Positions 25,897 to 35,768 of a stretch of DNA of 64,000 bases are shown piece by piece. Source of the DNA: Candidatus Poribacteria bacterium (lineage in GTDB: Bacteria > Poribacteria > WGA-4E > PCPOR2b); assembly GCA_965215015.1 (NCBI GenBank), contig OZ244042.1, positions 5,120,001 to 5,184,000 on the forward strand, given 5' to 3'. Positions within the stretch are counted from its first letter, which is position 1; each line of letters begins with the position of its first letter. The position numbers and the translations under genes were made by a program. The notes below the pieces were generated by a model that worked only from the letters and a program-made list of their open reading frames with translations, did no database searches and was not told where the DNA came from.

Positions 25897-28248
25897 TTAT
25901 AATCCAGAACCGTTACTGGACCTCTCCTTCTCCTTCCACGCTTTGACAACCTTTTCTGGAGTTAGCGGCTGCTCCCAAATACGCACACCAATCGCGTCAT
26001 AAATCGCGTTGCCGATTGCGGGCGACGTGGGCACCACGACGATTTCACCGGCCCCTTTGGCACCGTAGGGGCCATGCTGGTGCGGGACTTCGACGATAAT
26101 CGACTCCATATATTCGTTCAACGGCATCTCAACGATGGAGGGAATCTTATAGTCCATCAAACTGGCGTTGGTCATCTGTCCACTTGCATCAAAGCACATG
26201 TCCTCGTGCAGCGCGATACCGATACCCATACACCCGCCGCCATAGTTCTGCATTTCGACCCCCTGCGGATTCATCGCCTTGCCGACATCAATCGCGGAGA
26301 CAAACTTCCGAATGCGTACCTGCCCCGTTTCAACGTTGACCTCGACTTCGGCTGCTTGGGCACCGTGTCCCATGTAAGCCATGGGTTGCTCGCCTTGTCC
26401 AGTGTTCGGGTCATGCGGACTCGCGCTGACTTCCCATGTTGCTTTGCCGATGACCTCGACGTCCGCCGGCCGTTTGCCCGCCAGCATCTCCACCACGAAC
26501 AAATCTTCAACTTCAATGGCCTTAGAAGAACCTTTAACGAAGATACGTCCACCGGAAACCTCTAAGTCGTCCGGATGCGCTTCCAACTTGGGTGCGGCGA
26601 GCTCCCGTATCTGGCGTTTCGCATCGTCACACGCCATCCGGGTGGCATTGCCGGTGTGGAAGGTCTGCCGACTGGAACCGGCGACATGGTCGAAGGGCGT
26701 GATCGCGGTGTCCGGGGTGACCAGTTTGACCTGATCAATCTCGATTCCGAACTCATCGGCGACGATTTGCGTGAGAATGGTATAAGCGCCCTGCCCCAAA
26801 TCGACCGCACTGGTTCGCAGTTCGCAGGAAGCATCCTCATGGACCTTTAACTCCGTACTAGAAGCGGTCGGCGCAAAAGAATATTTATTACCTAAAGCGA
26901 TGCCCTTTCCGCGATACCACGGGAATCTCAGCGGTTCAGAGGGGGTTTTCCACTCAATTGCATCAGCGCATTTGGTCAGGCATTCGTGGGCACTGAACGC
27001 ATGGGCGGGCATGGTGATAGCGGTACGCTCGCCTTCGGTCAGCAGGTTATTTATACGCAGTTCAACAGCGTCAATGTCACATTTCCTCGCAATGATGTCC
27101 ATCTGCGTTTCGACCGCCCAAGCGGACTCCGCGCAGCCGTAACCTCGCAACGCACCACCAGAGACGCGGTTGGTATAAACGCCGTAAGAATCTACCCAGA
27201 GTGCAGCTAAACGGTAGGAGCCGGGATAGAGATGCGTGGAGAAAATCGGTTTGAGAATTCCCTCGCCGCTATAACCGCCGCCCCAGAGAATAGAGGTTAC
27301 TTTCCGACCAATCAGGAGGCCATCCCTGGTCACAGCATCTTTTATATCAAAGATGAACGGCGTGCGTGCCGCCGTGGCGGAGAGGTCTTCGGCACGGGTT
27401 AAGATAATTTTGACGGGACGCCGAGCTTTACGGGCAAGTGCAGCGGCGATAGCACCCTCTTTGACTGTCAATTTACCTCCGAAGGCACCACCGACAAATG
27501 GAACGATAACGCGAACTTTGGAGGGCGATAAATCAAGGGCCTTCGCTAAACCATCACGGGCGATGTATGGCGATTGGCCCCCTGCCCAGAGGGTAAGTGT
27601 GCCATCGGAACTCCATTGGGCCACTGCGCCATGGGGCTCCATACAGGCGGTGTGGACATAACCAGTTGCATAACGGTTCTCGATGATTTGTCCGCCTTCG
27701 TCCTCCGCTTTTTTGAACGCGGCGTCAATGTCGCCGTGCCGGATGCGGTACGCCTGCCACAGGTTGGGCGGCCGCTCGTCCATTTCGGCGAGTTCAAGGA
27801 GTTTTTCATACTCTTCGTATTCTTCGTGCAGCACCACCGGTGGGTCTAACTTAATCGCTTCCTCCGGGTCAAAGAGGGGAGGAAGCTCTTCGTATTCGAC
27901 CTCAATCTGTTCACAGGCCGCCCGCGCAATCTCCGGGGTATCCGCAGCGACCGCAGCGACAGGTTCACCGACAAGGCGCGTTTTGTCGTGGGCAAGTAAA
28001 TGCTCATCCAACGTGAGGATGCCGAGCCGTATGTCGGGTAGATCGGCAGCGGTAATCACAGCGCGGACACCGGGCATCTGTTCCGCTTTGCTGGTATCAA
28101 TTCCCACAATCCTTGCATGTGCAAACGGGCTGCGTTTCAGCTTGGCATGAATCATACGAGGCAGCACGATGTCGGTTGTGAATTGTGCAGTTCCAGTTAC
28201 TTTCTCTATGCCATCAATGCGTTTAGCAGAAGTTCCAACAACGTTCAT
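25897..28248 (-). CDS. Xanthine dehydrogenase/aldehyde oxidoreductase family molybdopterin-binding subunit
   Basis: RIDGIEKVTG, MEPHG, VGGAFGGK, GALRGYG, DLGQG, AGSSRQT and GAKGAGE. Confidence 0.95.
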   Translation of the reverse strand: MNVVGTSAKRIDGIEKVTGTAQFTTDIVLPRMIHAKLKRSPFAHARIVGIDTSKAEQMPGVRAVITAADLPDIRLGILTLDEHLLAHDKTRLVGEPVAAVAADTPEIARAACEQIEVEYEELPPLFDPEEAIKLDPPVVLHEEYEEYEKLLELAEMDERPPNLWQAYRIRHGDIDAAFKKAEDEGGQIIENRYATGYVHTACMEPHGAVAQWSSDGTLTLWAGGQSPYIARDGLAKALDLSPSKVRVIVPFVGGAFGGKLTVKEGAIAAALARKARRPVKIILTRAEDLSATAARTPFIFDIKDAVTRDGLLIGRKVTSILWGGGYSGEGILKPIFSTHLYPGSYRLAALWVDSYGVYTNRVSGGALRGYGCAESAWAVETQMDIIARKCDIDAVELRINNLLTEGERTAITMPAHAFSAHECLTKCADAIEWKTPSEPLRFPWYRGKGIALGNKYSFAPTASSTELKVHEDASCELRTSAVDLGQGAYTILTQIVADEFGIEIDQVKLVTPDTAITPFDHVAGSSRQTFHTGNATRMACDDAKRQIRELAAPKLEAHPDDLEVSGGRIFVKGSSKAIEVEDLFVVEMLAGKRPADVEVIGKATWEVSASPHDPNTGQGEQPMAYMGHGAQAAEVEVNVETGQVRIRKFVSAIDVGKAMNPQGVEMQNYGGGCMGIGIALHEDMCFDASGQMTNASLMDYKIPSIVEMPLNEYMESIIVEVPHQHGPYGAKGAGEIVVVPTSPAIGNAIYDAIGVRIWEQPLTPEKVVKAWKEKERSSNGSGL

Positions 28249-28252
28249 ATTA

Positions 28253-28723
28253 TTATTCCTCCTTCTCCCCTACAACGCTCAAAATCGCTTGCGTTGCGTG
28301 CGTGTAGACCCCGCAGCGGCAGAGATTCCCCACAAACGCAGAGCGGATGTCTTCCTCAGTTGGATTCGGGTTCTCATCTAGCAACTGCTTTGCTGTCAGC
28401 AGCATCCCCGGTGTACAATAACCACACTGCACAGCACCGTGCTCAAGAAACGCACTTTGCAACGGATGCAGTGCATCGGGGGAGCCCAGGCCCTCTATGG
28501 TCAAGACCGATTTCCCTTTTGCCTGTAGCCCAAGCGTCAGACACGATTTCACCAGCTGCCCGTCAAGCAGTACTGTGCAGGTCCCGCACCGCCCATCCTC
28601 ACAAGCACACTTAGTCCCCGTTAGCCCGATTCCATCGCGAATCGCCTCCATCAAGGTGTGGTAGGGTTCAACGAGGATGTCATAGTTTTCATCATTGACT
28701 GTCAACGATAATGGGTATTTCAT
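28253..28723 (-). CDS. 2x[2Fe-2S] small subunit (CoxS/CutS-like)
   Basis: GTKCACEDGRCGTC, QCGYCTPG and NLCRC. Confidence 0.95.
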   Translation of the reverse strand: MKYPLSLTVNDENYDILVEPYHTLMEAIRDGIGLTGTKCACEDGRCGTCTVLLDGQLVKSCLTLGLQAKGKSVLTIEGLGSPDALHPLQSAFLEHGAVQCGYCTPGMLLTAKQLLDENPNPTEEDIRSAFVGNLCRCGVYTHATQAILSVVGEKEE

Positions 28724-28783
28724 TAAAACGCCTCCAAATAGTAAGTTATCAATCCAACTCCAATCGAAGATTCGGATTTTACG

Positions 28784-29671
28784 CTATCCTTTTAACGGTC
28801 TCAAACGATAGCAGTCGATAGCTTTCGCCAATGCTTCTTTCGTCAATACACTGACAAGGTCGGTTTTGTATTCGCTCGACGCCATCGGATCACTCGATGG
28901 TGCGACATTCGCTGCGGCGATTTCGCCGGCTTCGGTGAGTGCCCAACGCTCCCTGACGCTATTACAACCCTTCAGGCGCGCCTCTGCTGCCGGGGCGCGA
29001 ACCGGGGCACCAGAACAATTACCAACCACGATGCGGCTATCCTGAAACAGATCCGCTTCATCAAGGCTGATAAATGCGCCGACGCCCACGACAGGATAAT
29101 CGCCTGCCCGCAGAACAAACCGGCGATGGGCGGCGGCAGCTGATGTGGGATCGAATGATGGCACAACTACCTCTGTCAGTAACTCACCCGGTTCGACAGC
29201 GGTAGTAAAGGCATCGGTGACAAAATCGTGCATAGGCACAACCCGTTCACCTTCTGCACTCGCCAATTTTACCGTAGCATTCAGCGCGATCAGAATAACG
29301 GTGATGTCGCTTGCTGGATGCGCTTCACAGATTGCACCACCCAGTGTTGCGAAGTTACGAATCTGCGAATCTGCCACCTCGTTGAGGGCATCACTCAAGC
29401 CCCACAGCGTCGGATGTGTTGCACCCATGCCGTTCAAACGATTCAGTGTAACCTTGGCACCAATTTTTACACCGTCCCCCGATGTGGTTATGTCTTCTAA
29501 TCCGGAGACATGCTGGAGACTGATCAGACAGGAGGGTTGGATTAATCCATTCCGTAACAACAGTGCCATGCTCTGTCCACCTGCAACAACCTTCGCACCA
29601 TCCCCGTGCTTGGCTAGCAGTGTACAGACCTCCGATACGGTAGTCGGCTCAAGATAGTGACAATCAATCAT
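28784..29671 (-). CDS. FAD-binding medium subunit (CoxM/CutM-like)
   Basis: VAGGQSM and QIRNFATLGGAICEAHPASD. Confidence 0.93.
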   Translation of the reverse strand: MIDCHYLEPTTVSEVCTLLAKHGDGAKVVAGGQSMALLLRNGLIQPSCLISLQHVSGLEDITTSGDGVKIGAKVTLNRLNGMGATHPTLWGLSDALNEVADSQIRNFATLGGAICEAHPASDITVILIALNATVKLASAEGERVVPMHDFVTDAFTTAVEPGELLTEVVVPSFDPTSAAAAHRRFVLRAGDYPVVGVGAFISLDEADLFQDSRIVVGNCSGAPVRAPAAEARLKGCNSVRERWALTEAGEIAAANVAPSSDPMASSEYKTDLVSVLTKEALAKAIDCYRLRPLKG

Positions 29672-29751
29672 GTATTTCCTCCCTCATTTAGATGAGTTAT
29701 TGGACTTTTTGAAGAAACCCTCAATGTATCAGGGAATTTCCTATTATAACC

Positions 29752-30771
29752 GAAGTTGCTAGTAGTAAGCACACTCCGTATGCCGTAACCCTTGTGCAAA
29801 CGACAGAACGAGCCGACTCCTGTGTATAGACATATCCAAACCGTCTGTGTGGCGGTGCCGTGGATTGATCAATCCACGGCAAGCGGGGATTGGCTCTGAT
29901 TTTTCCGGTTTGCAACGTTTTCTATAAGCGGCAACTTGCATTATTATAAACAGATTGTATTTTTTGAAAATTGCTCAAGATTATAACACAGTTATCCTAA
30001 AAATAGAAACCCAAAAATCATCCACGCGCTTTAGTCGTGTAAGCGCGTATCCAATTCTGTTGACCCAATCGCCCGAATCTGCTATAATGGCAAAGACTTG
30101 GTTACCATGGCTAGGGGTATCTTCATATCAGCTATTCACATAAAGAAGGTCAAACCGTGATCCGAACACACTATTTGCTATTTCTTTATCGTAATTCCGA
30201 TAGGTCGAGCGAATCATCCTGCCCAACTCATCGCATTGAGTCTGCCGGGATGTCACAGATTTACAGATTAATTACCGCTCGTAGTAGATCGACAAATTCA
30301 CGGCACCCCCACCGGTATGATTTGGATATGTCTATCTAAATTGTAAGCTCTAAATTGTAAACTCTCAGCGGCGTCCAAGCCTGTAGGTTGAGATTCATAT
30401 CTCGACAAAATGCTGATTGAACCTAGACTATTGCGTAATGTTCTAGTATCTTCGATTTTGGAAAATTGACCGCCAGCAGCGCAACCACAAGGGTGCCCCT
30501 ACAGGAATTGATCCAATGTAGGGGCACCCTTGTGCCTGCCCAAAATACTCTCGGAACGGAGATAGGTTCAATTTGTCAAATATCAACACATCCTAGCAAC
30601 TTGCACTATTAAAATTTTTCGCTCATGTTAAGAAATCGTGCAACAACCCCGATTTTTCAACAAAAAACTCGGGGGCAAATACCAATCGTGTTGGACTCCG
30701 GTGTTTGGTGAATTGAGCCCAAACTGTTGCGCGATGTTCCGGGTATCTTTGTACCCTCTTTTTACATGAGC
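29752..30771. repeat. Repeat-dense intergenic region (REP hairpins, inverted repeat pair, MITE-like element)
   Basis: REP at 29762; inverted pair 29826-29880 / 30280-30335; GTAGGTTGAGATTCATATCTCGAC at 30383; REP doublet AAGGGTGCCCCTACA...TGTAGGGGCACCCTT at 30489-30531; element 30621-30771 with ends GCTCATGT / ACATGAGC, related to 48637-48660 and 50475-50535. Confidence 0.7.
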
Positions 30772-30799
30772 CAAATTTTTAATATAAGGAGATGAAACT

Positions 30800-31633
30800 A
30801 TGGGAAGTCTAACAGATCAGGTCGCAATTGTCACAGGCGGTGCTCAAGGCATCGGCGGTGCAACTTCGAGACGGCTTGCCGAATCGGGTGCGAAAATCCT
30901 CATCGCCGATATGGACATTAAGACAGCACAAGCCAACGCCGAGCGGATTTGTAATGCAGACGGCGTCGCGGAAGTTATTGAGACTGATGTCTCTCGGCGG
31001 GACGACATCGAGGCGATGGTCAGCAGAGCAGTAGAACTATGGGGACGTCTCGACATCCTTGTCAACAACGCTTTCAACACCAAAGAGCCGGATGGTAGCG
31101 CGGTAGATTTATCGGAGGAGGCTTGGGACTATGCCATGAACGTTCTAGTCAAGTCCATGTTTCTGGGGGCGAAGTACGCCGTACCGGAGATCCAAAAATC
31201 TGGTAAAGGTAGTATCATCAATATCTCATCCGTCCACGGTCTGCTGATGGCTCCGAAGAAATTGGTATATGAAGCGGGTAAGTCCTCCGTCATCGGTGTC
31301 ACCCGTCAGATGGCAATCGACTTCGGACCGATGGGCATACGGGTCAATGCAATCTGCCCCGGTCATATCGTGACCGAGCGCATTGAAGCGCATTGGGCAC
31401 AGAACCCGTCGCTCCTGCGTTTCTTTGAGGCGCAATATCCGGTTCGCCGTGTCGGACGCCCGATTGACATCGCTAACGCCATCAACTTCCTCTGCTCGGA
31501 CGAAGCATCTTTCATCACAGGGCACGCCCTAGCGGTAGACGGTGGGCTGACAATTCAACTTCAGGAGGACTTCGGCGTGGGTCAGGCGCGATTTTATCAG
31601 GATCATCCGGATACCGATCTATCTTCTTATTAG
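30800..31633 (+). CDS. SDR family oxidoreductase
   Basis: TGGAQGIG, LVNNA and YEAGK. Confidence 0.93.
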   Translation: MGSLTDQVAIVTGGAQGIGGATSRRLAESGAKILIADMDIKTAQANAERICNADGVAEVIETDVSRRDDIEAMVSRAVELWGRLDILVNNAFNTKEPDGSAVDLSEEAWDYAMNVLVKSMFLGAKYAVPEIQKSGKGSIINISSVHGLLMAPKKLVYEAGKSSVIGVTRQMAIDFGPMGIRVNAICPGHIVTERIEAHWAQNPSLLRFFEAQYPVRRVGRPIDIANAINFLCSDEASFITGHALAVDGGLTIQLQEDFGVGQARFYQDHPDTDLSSY

Positions 31634-32020
31634 ATTATCTTTTCTGGCGTAATAGGGCAATTGTATATAAATTATTGCGTAGATCTTTGGTATACGACAA
31701 TCAAAATCGAATCGTAGCCGCAGCGTATATTCTCAATCTTATCGGGGCTCCCCAACGTGTGCTCGTGCCGTAACCAATACACTAATGCACGAATGAACAC
31801 ATCAGGAGTCGGCATATAGTCGTAGGTATACGCCGTATGCCGTAACCCCTCTGTGCCACGACGGGGGTTATCCCCAATTTCTGATGGGGCAATTGCCTAA
31901 TTTCTATAACAGATGCAATGCCCCTATCGAGTAATTTATACCCTTGTATTGATTGGAAATTCGTTGTATAATACGCCTGTTAATAGGCATTCTATCATTT
32001 TGGCGTAAGGGGGTTGTCCT

Positions 32021-32887
32021 ATCCGAATCGAGCCTGTCACTGATTTCGATCTGAAGCATACGTTGGAGTGTGGGCAATCATTCCGCTGGCAGCCAATCAA
32101 CGACTGGTACTACGGCGTTGTTGAGGGTAGGCAGCTGAAGATACGTCAGGAAAAGCAGACACTGATTGTCGAAAGTTCCGACGATGAACAACCGAATCAA
32201 CTAAAAGCTTTCCTCCACCACTACCTGGACCTGAACCGGAATCTACCAGCGATTCTAAAGGCTGTGAACATTGATCCGTTCATCCATCGCTCGATTGAAA
32301 CGTTCTGGGGGATGCGGATTTTGAACCAAGAGGTGTGGGAGTGCCTAGCGTCGTTCATCCTGTCACAGAATAATAACGTGCCCCGAATTAAGGGGATAAT
32401 CCGCACAATCTCGGCACGGTTCGGGGAAAAAATTACCTTTCAGGATTCGGTCGATTACTCTTTCCCGACACCCCAAGCCCTCGCCAAAGCCGGTGTTGAG
32501 GCGTTGTACGATTGTCGGCTGGGGTATCGCGCCCCTTATCTGTGGACGGTTTCATCGGCAATCACAGCAGGGAAATTCGATCTTGAGGCTTTGAAGAGCC
32601 TGCCTTACACCAAAGCGAAACAAGAGTTGATGGGCTTCAAAGGAATTGGTGAGAAGGTCGCTGACTGCATCTGCCTATTTTCGTTAGGGCATGTTCAAGC
32701 CCTGCCCATTGATGTGTGGGTGAAACGGATTATAGAGCAGCTTTACCTCAAACGCAAGGCCTCGATCCGTGAGATCCGTCAGTTTGCTGAAAACTATTTT
32801 GGTGAACATCTCGGTTATGCCCAACAGTACCTTTTTCACTATGCCCGGACAGTTGGACTGGAAAATCTGCTAAAGAACGAAAGATAG
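32021..32887 (+). CDS. 8-oxoguanine DNA glycosylase (Ogg/OGG_N + HhH-GPD)
   Basis: DFDLKHTLECGQSFRW, SFILSQNNNVPRI, LGYRA, KGIGEKVADC, PIDVW and GYAQQYLF. Homology-like sequence extends upstream of the TTG at 32063 to an ATC at 32021. Confidence 0.9.
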   Translation: MRIEPVTDFDLKHTLECGQSFRWQPINDWYYGVVEGRQLKIRQEKQTLIVESSDDEQPNQLKAFLHHYLDLNRNLPAILKAVNIDPFIHRSIETFWGMRILNQEVWECLASFILSQNNNVPRIKGIIRTISARFGEKITFQDSVDYSFPTPQALAKAGVEALYDCRLGYRAPYLWTVSSAITAGKFDLEALKSLPYTKAKQELMGFKGIGEKVADCICLFSLGHVQALPIDVWVKRIIEQLYLKRKASIREIRQFAENYFGEHLGYAQQYLFHYARTVGLENLLKNER

Positions 32888-32953
32888 AAAGAAATTTTTG
32901 ACTTCCCTAGCAGTAAACCATAGACAACCCTTCCCCGAAACCTTTAATCAGTC

Positions 32954-33120
32954 TAGGAGTTACGCACTTATAGTTTGTAATAGCGCGTTCATTGCGCCTC
33001 TTTAAGGCAGTAAGCATACGCTGTATGCCGTAATCCCCCGCCCCCTTGAGGGGGTGATACCCTGTCGGGATTCGAGGGGGGATGACACTATGGAGCGTAC
33101 CTACTACTGTCGGATGAATC
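32954..33120. repeat. Composite REP element copy
   Basis: TAGGAGTTACGCA start, GCGCGTTCATTGCGC, GCATACGCTGTATGC and C-rich/G-rich stem. Confidence 0.75.
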
Positions 33121-33369
33121 GTGGTTGCCCGATGAATCGGGCAGCATAAATCCTTTAGATACCAGCAATGTTGCGCGACAGTGGACACCCAACACTGTTG
33201 TACAATGTTTATGGTTGGTTGAACCGGGACTGTCGCGCAACATAGTTGATATTTTCAATTCACCAAACACGGTCGCACAATATACCGGGTAGTTGAGGAG
33301 TCACCGAACCACGAGGGTTTGAACGTTCAACTGCCTAAATCCTACAGTCAAAAAAAACAGGAGGTTCAA

Positions 33370-33921
33370 ATGCTTGAAGATTTACGCGAAAATGTACTTA
33401 CATTGTTAGAAGAGCGCGTTGAACGCGCCATTGAGACTATCAACCGCCTCAGGGAAGAGAAATTAACACTGGAATCTGAAAGCAATCAGCTCCGTAACGA
33501 GTTGGATCAGCGAGATGTACAGATTCAAAACCTCGAACAACGGAATGCTGAATTAAACCATTTTGAATCAGAGTTACAGGCACTTCAGAACCAGCGTGAA
33601 CAGGAGCGGCTTGAGGTAGATCAGGAAAAAGCGGAAGTCCGCGAGCGCCTTGAAGGGCTCATGACAATGCTCAACAATGTTGAGAACAGATCAGAAAATC
33701 AGGAAGCGGTGCAACCTAGCGTTCCTGACCATAGCTCTGAAACAGTTGATGAGGAAGAGCGACAGGAAGCGGAACGCCCCAGCTCTCCCACCGACATACT
33801 CTTGATACCTACGACACTGCTAGAGCCGCAGGAAGTAGACCAGCCAAGCAATCCTGATCGCACATCTGAAGGAACGGATTCTGAAGAAACGGATGAGGAC
33901 GAGGAGACGGAATTCGCTTAA
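33370..33921 (+). CDS. Coiled-coil protein, ZapB-like N-terminus with acidic disordered tail
   Basis: LTLLEERVERAIETINRLREEK...EVRERLEGLMTML heptads; CAGGAGG RBS. Confidence 0.6.
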   Translation: MLEDLRENVLTLLEERVERAIETINRLREEKLTLESESNQLRNELDQRDVQIQNLEQRNAELNHFESELQALQNQREQERLEVDQEKAEVRERLEGLMTMLNNVENRSENQEAVQPSVPDHSSETVDEEERQEAERPSSPTDILLIPTTLLEPQEVDQPSNPDRTSEGTDSEETDEDEETEFA

Positions 33922-33997
33922 TACTCACCTACCAACGAACTGTCCGAAAAAATGGAACCAACAACGTGCCGTGATTAATCTATCAGGAACACTAGAC

Positions 33998-34552
33998 ATG
34001 GCCTCTCCGACGCTTTTGTGCGGTAGTCGGGTCCGACTCACAGCGTTAACGCAAATTGACCTCCCAACCGTTACCCAATGGTATCAGAATCCCGAATTCT
34101 TGCGACTATTTGACGCCCTCCCCGCTTATCCCAAAACTGAGCCGGTGTTGGCGCAGTGGCTGGCCAATACGCATCAAGCAACTGACACTTTTCTTTTTGC
34201 CATTCGACCCCTTGACGACGATGTGCTGATTGGCTACGTTGAACTCGACGGGATTCTGTGGACACATCGGGTGAGCGGCGTAAGCATCGCCATCGGGGAG
34301 GTAAAGCACTGGGGAAAAGGCTACGGATATGAGGTCATGCAACTTGTGCTCCGATTTGCCTTTGATGAACTCAATTTGCATCGCATCCAACTCACGGTGT
34401 TTAGCTACAATGAGCGCGCCATCGCGCTGTATGAAAAGTTGGGTTTTCAGCGGGAGGGGGTACATCGGGAACACTTACAGTGTGATGGCAAACGCTATGA
34501 TATGTATCTGTATGGCCTCCTCCGCTCTGAATGGGAAACAGGTTTGAAATGA
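33998..34552 (+). CDS. GNAT acetyltransferase, RimJ/RimL family
   Basis: WGKGYGYE, AFDELNLHRI and NERAIALYEKLGFQREG. Confidence 0.92.
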   Translation: MASPTLLCGSRVRLTALTQIDLPTVTQWYQNPEFLRLFDALPAYPKTEPVLAQWLANTHQATDTFLFAIRPLDDDVLIGYVELDGILWTHRVSGVSIAIGEVKHWGKGYGYEVMQLVLRFAFDELNLHRIQLTVFSYNERAIALYEKLGFQREGVHREHLQCDGKRYDMYLYGLLRSEWETGLK

Positions 34553-34586
34553 GAGTAGATGCTTGACAGGGCTTAAAAGAGAAAAT

Positions 34587-34784
34587 CGACTGGGAATGCC
34601 AGCGCAAGATGCAAGGTAACAACTCAACCTTATTGCGGAGCAAAAAAACAAAATCGCCCATGAGGCGGATATGGATTCAACTCCTCATGATACCCGATGG
34701 CCCATTGATGAAGCTTCAGCAGAGGATGCAATCAACTTTATCGAACAGATTACCGTGGCAATACATGACCTATTAACAACCTGA
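34587..34784 (+). pseudogene. C-terminal remnant of a HEPN-domain protein
   Basis: RLGMPAQDAR*QLNLIAEQKNKIAHEADMD...RWPIDEASAEDAINFIEQI; degenerate RxxxxH motif (KNKIAH), internal stop and no N-terminus. Confidence 0.6.
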
Positions 34785-34798
34785 AAAGGAGAGAAAAT

Positions 34799-35689
34799 AT
34801 GCCATTAAAAACTGTTGGCCTTCTGAGTCCCGGTGACATGGGACATACTGTGGGGCACGTCCTGGTTACACACGGCCTGCGCGTGATTACCTGTCTTAAG
34901 GGGAGAAGTGAACGGACCCGAACCCTCGCAGAAAGCGTGAAGATTGAAGATGTGCCGACGTATCAAGCCCTTGTGAATGAAGCAGAAATTATCTTGTCAA
35001 TTATGGTGCCGGCGGAAGCCAAGGGAGCCGCTCAAGCGGTTGCGGACGCGCTTGCCGAAACGAAGACAGATCTCACCTACGTTGACTGTAACGCAATCGC
35101 CCCGCAAACCACGCGCCAACTAGATGAAATCATCACGGAAGCCGGTGGCCGTTTTGTTGATGCGTCAATCATCGGTCCTCCGCCCCGAAAACCGGGGGCA
35201 ACCCGTTTCTACGCCTCAGGAACCCATGTTGATGATTTTGAAGCGTTGACGCAATTCGGGCTCGATGTTCGGCCCCTTGGCGATCAGATTGGGTTGGCTT
35301 CGGCGATTAAGATGTGCTACGCCTCTTTGACAAAAGGACTGACCGCACTTTGCACAGAACTGCTGACTGCTGCAGAGCTGCTGGGGGTGTCTGAAGCCCT
35401 CAAAGCGGAGTTTCAGATGAGTCAAGCTGCGCTGTATCAACGGATGGAAGGAGGACTGCCGGGGATGCCACCGAAGGCCAGACGTTGGATCGGTGAGATG
35501 GAAGAGATTTCGGCGACGTTCGGTCATGTCGGCTTGACACCAAAAATTCTAGCGGGGGTAGCGGATATGTACCGATTGGTCGGGAAGACGCACCTCGCGG
35601 ACTTACCCCCTGAAAATTCGGAGGCGTTCCCAGAGCTATCAGAAATGATTTCAATCTTAGCGGATTGCGTGAAAAAGGATGAGCAATAA
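34799..35689 (+). CDS. NAD(P)-dependent oxidoreductase (6PGD-like NAD-binding + DUF1932)
   Basis: GLLSPGDMG, VDCNAIAP, VDASIIGPPP, ASAIKMCYA and ARRWIGEMEEI. Confidence 0.9.
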   Translation: MPLKTVGLLSPGDMGHTVGHVLVTHGLRVITCLKGRSERTRTLAESVKIEDVPTYQALVNEAEIILSIMVPAEAKGAAQAVADALAETKTDLTYVDCNAIAPQTTRQLDEIITEAGGRFVDASIIGPPPRKPGATRFYASGTHVDDFEALTQFGLDVRPLGDQIGLASAIKMCYASLTKGLTALCTELLTAAELLGVSEALKAEFQMSQAALYQRMEGGLPGMPPKARRWIGEMEEISATFGHVGLTPKILAGVADMYRLVGKTHLADLPPENSEAFPELSEMISILADCVKKDEQ

Positions 35690-35768
35690 CGAAATGGCGG
35701 CATCTAGCCAAACTGAAAATGAATTTCAAAAGTGAAAGGACGCTTACCCCCGAAGTATAGAAAAAACT

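Noticed and set aside
25897-29671. Aerobic CO dehydrogenase coxMSL
   Set aside because: The active-site loop is ALRGYG, not AYxCSFR or AYxGAGR, and there are no cox accessory genes.
33921-34000. 6S RNA following a zapB/zapA-like gene
   Set aside because: There is no zapA and no room for a long rod-shaped RNA.
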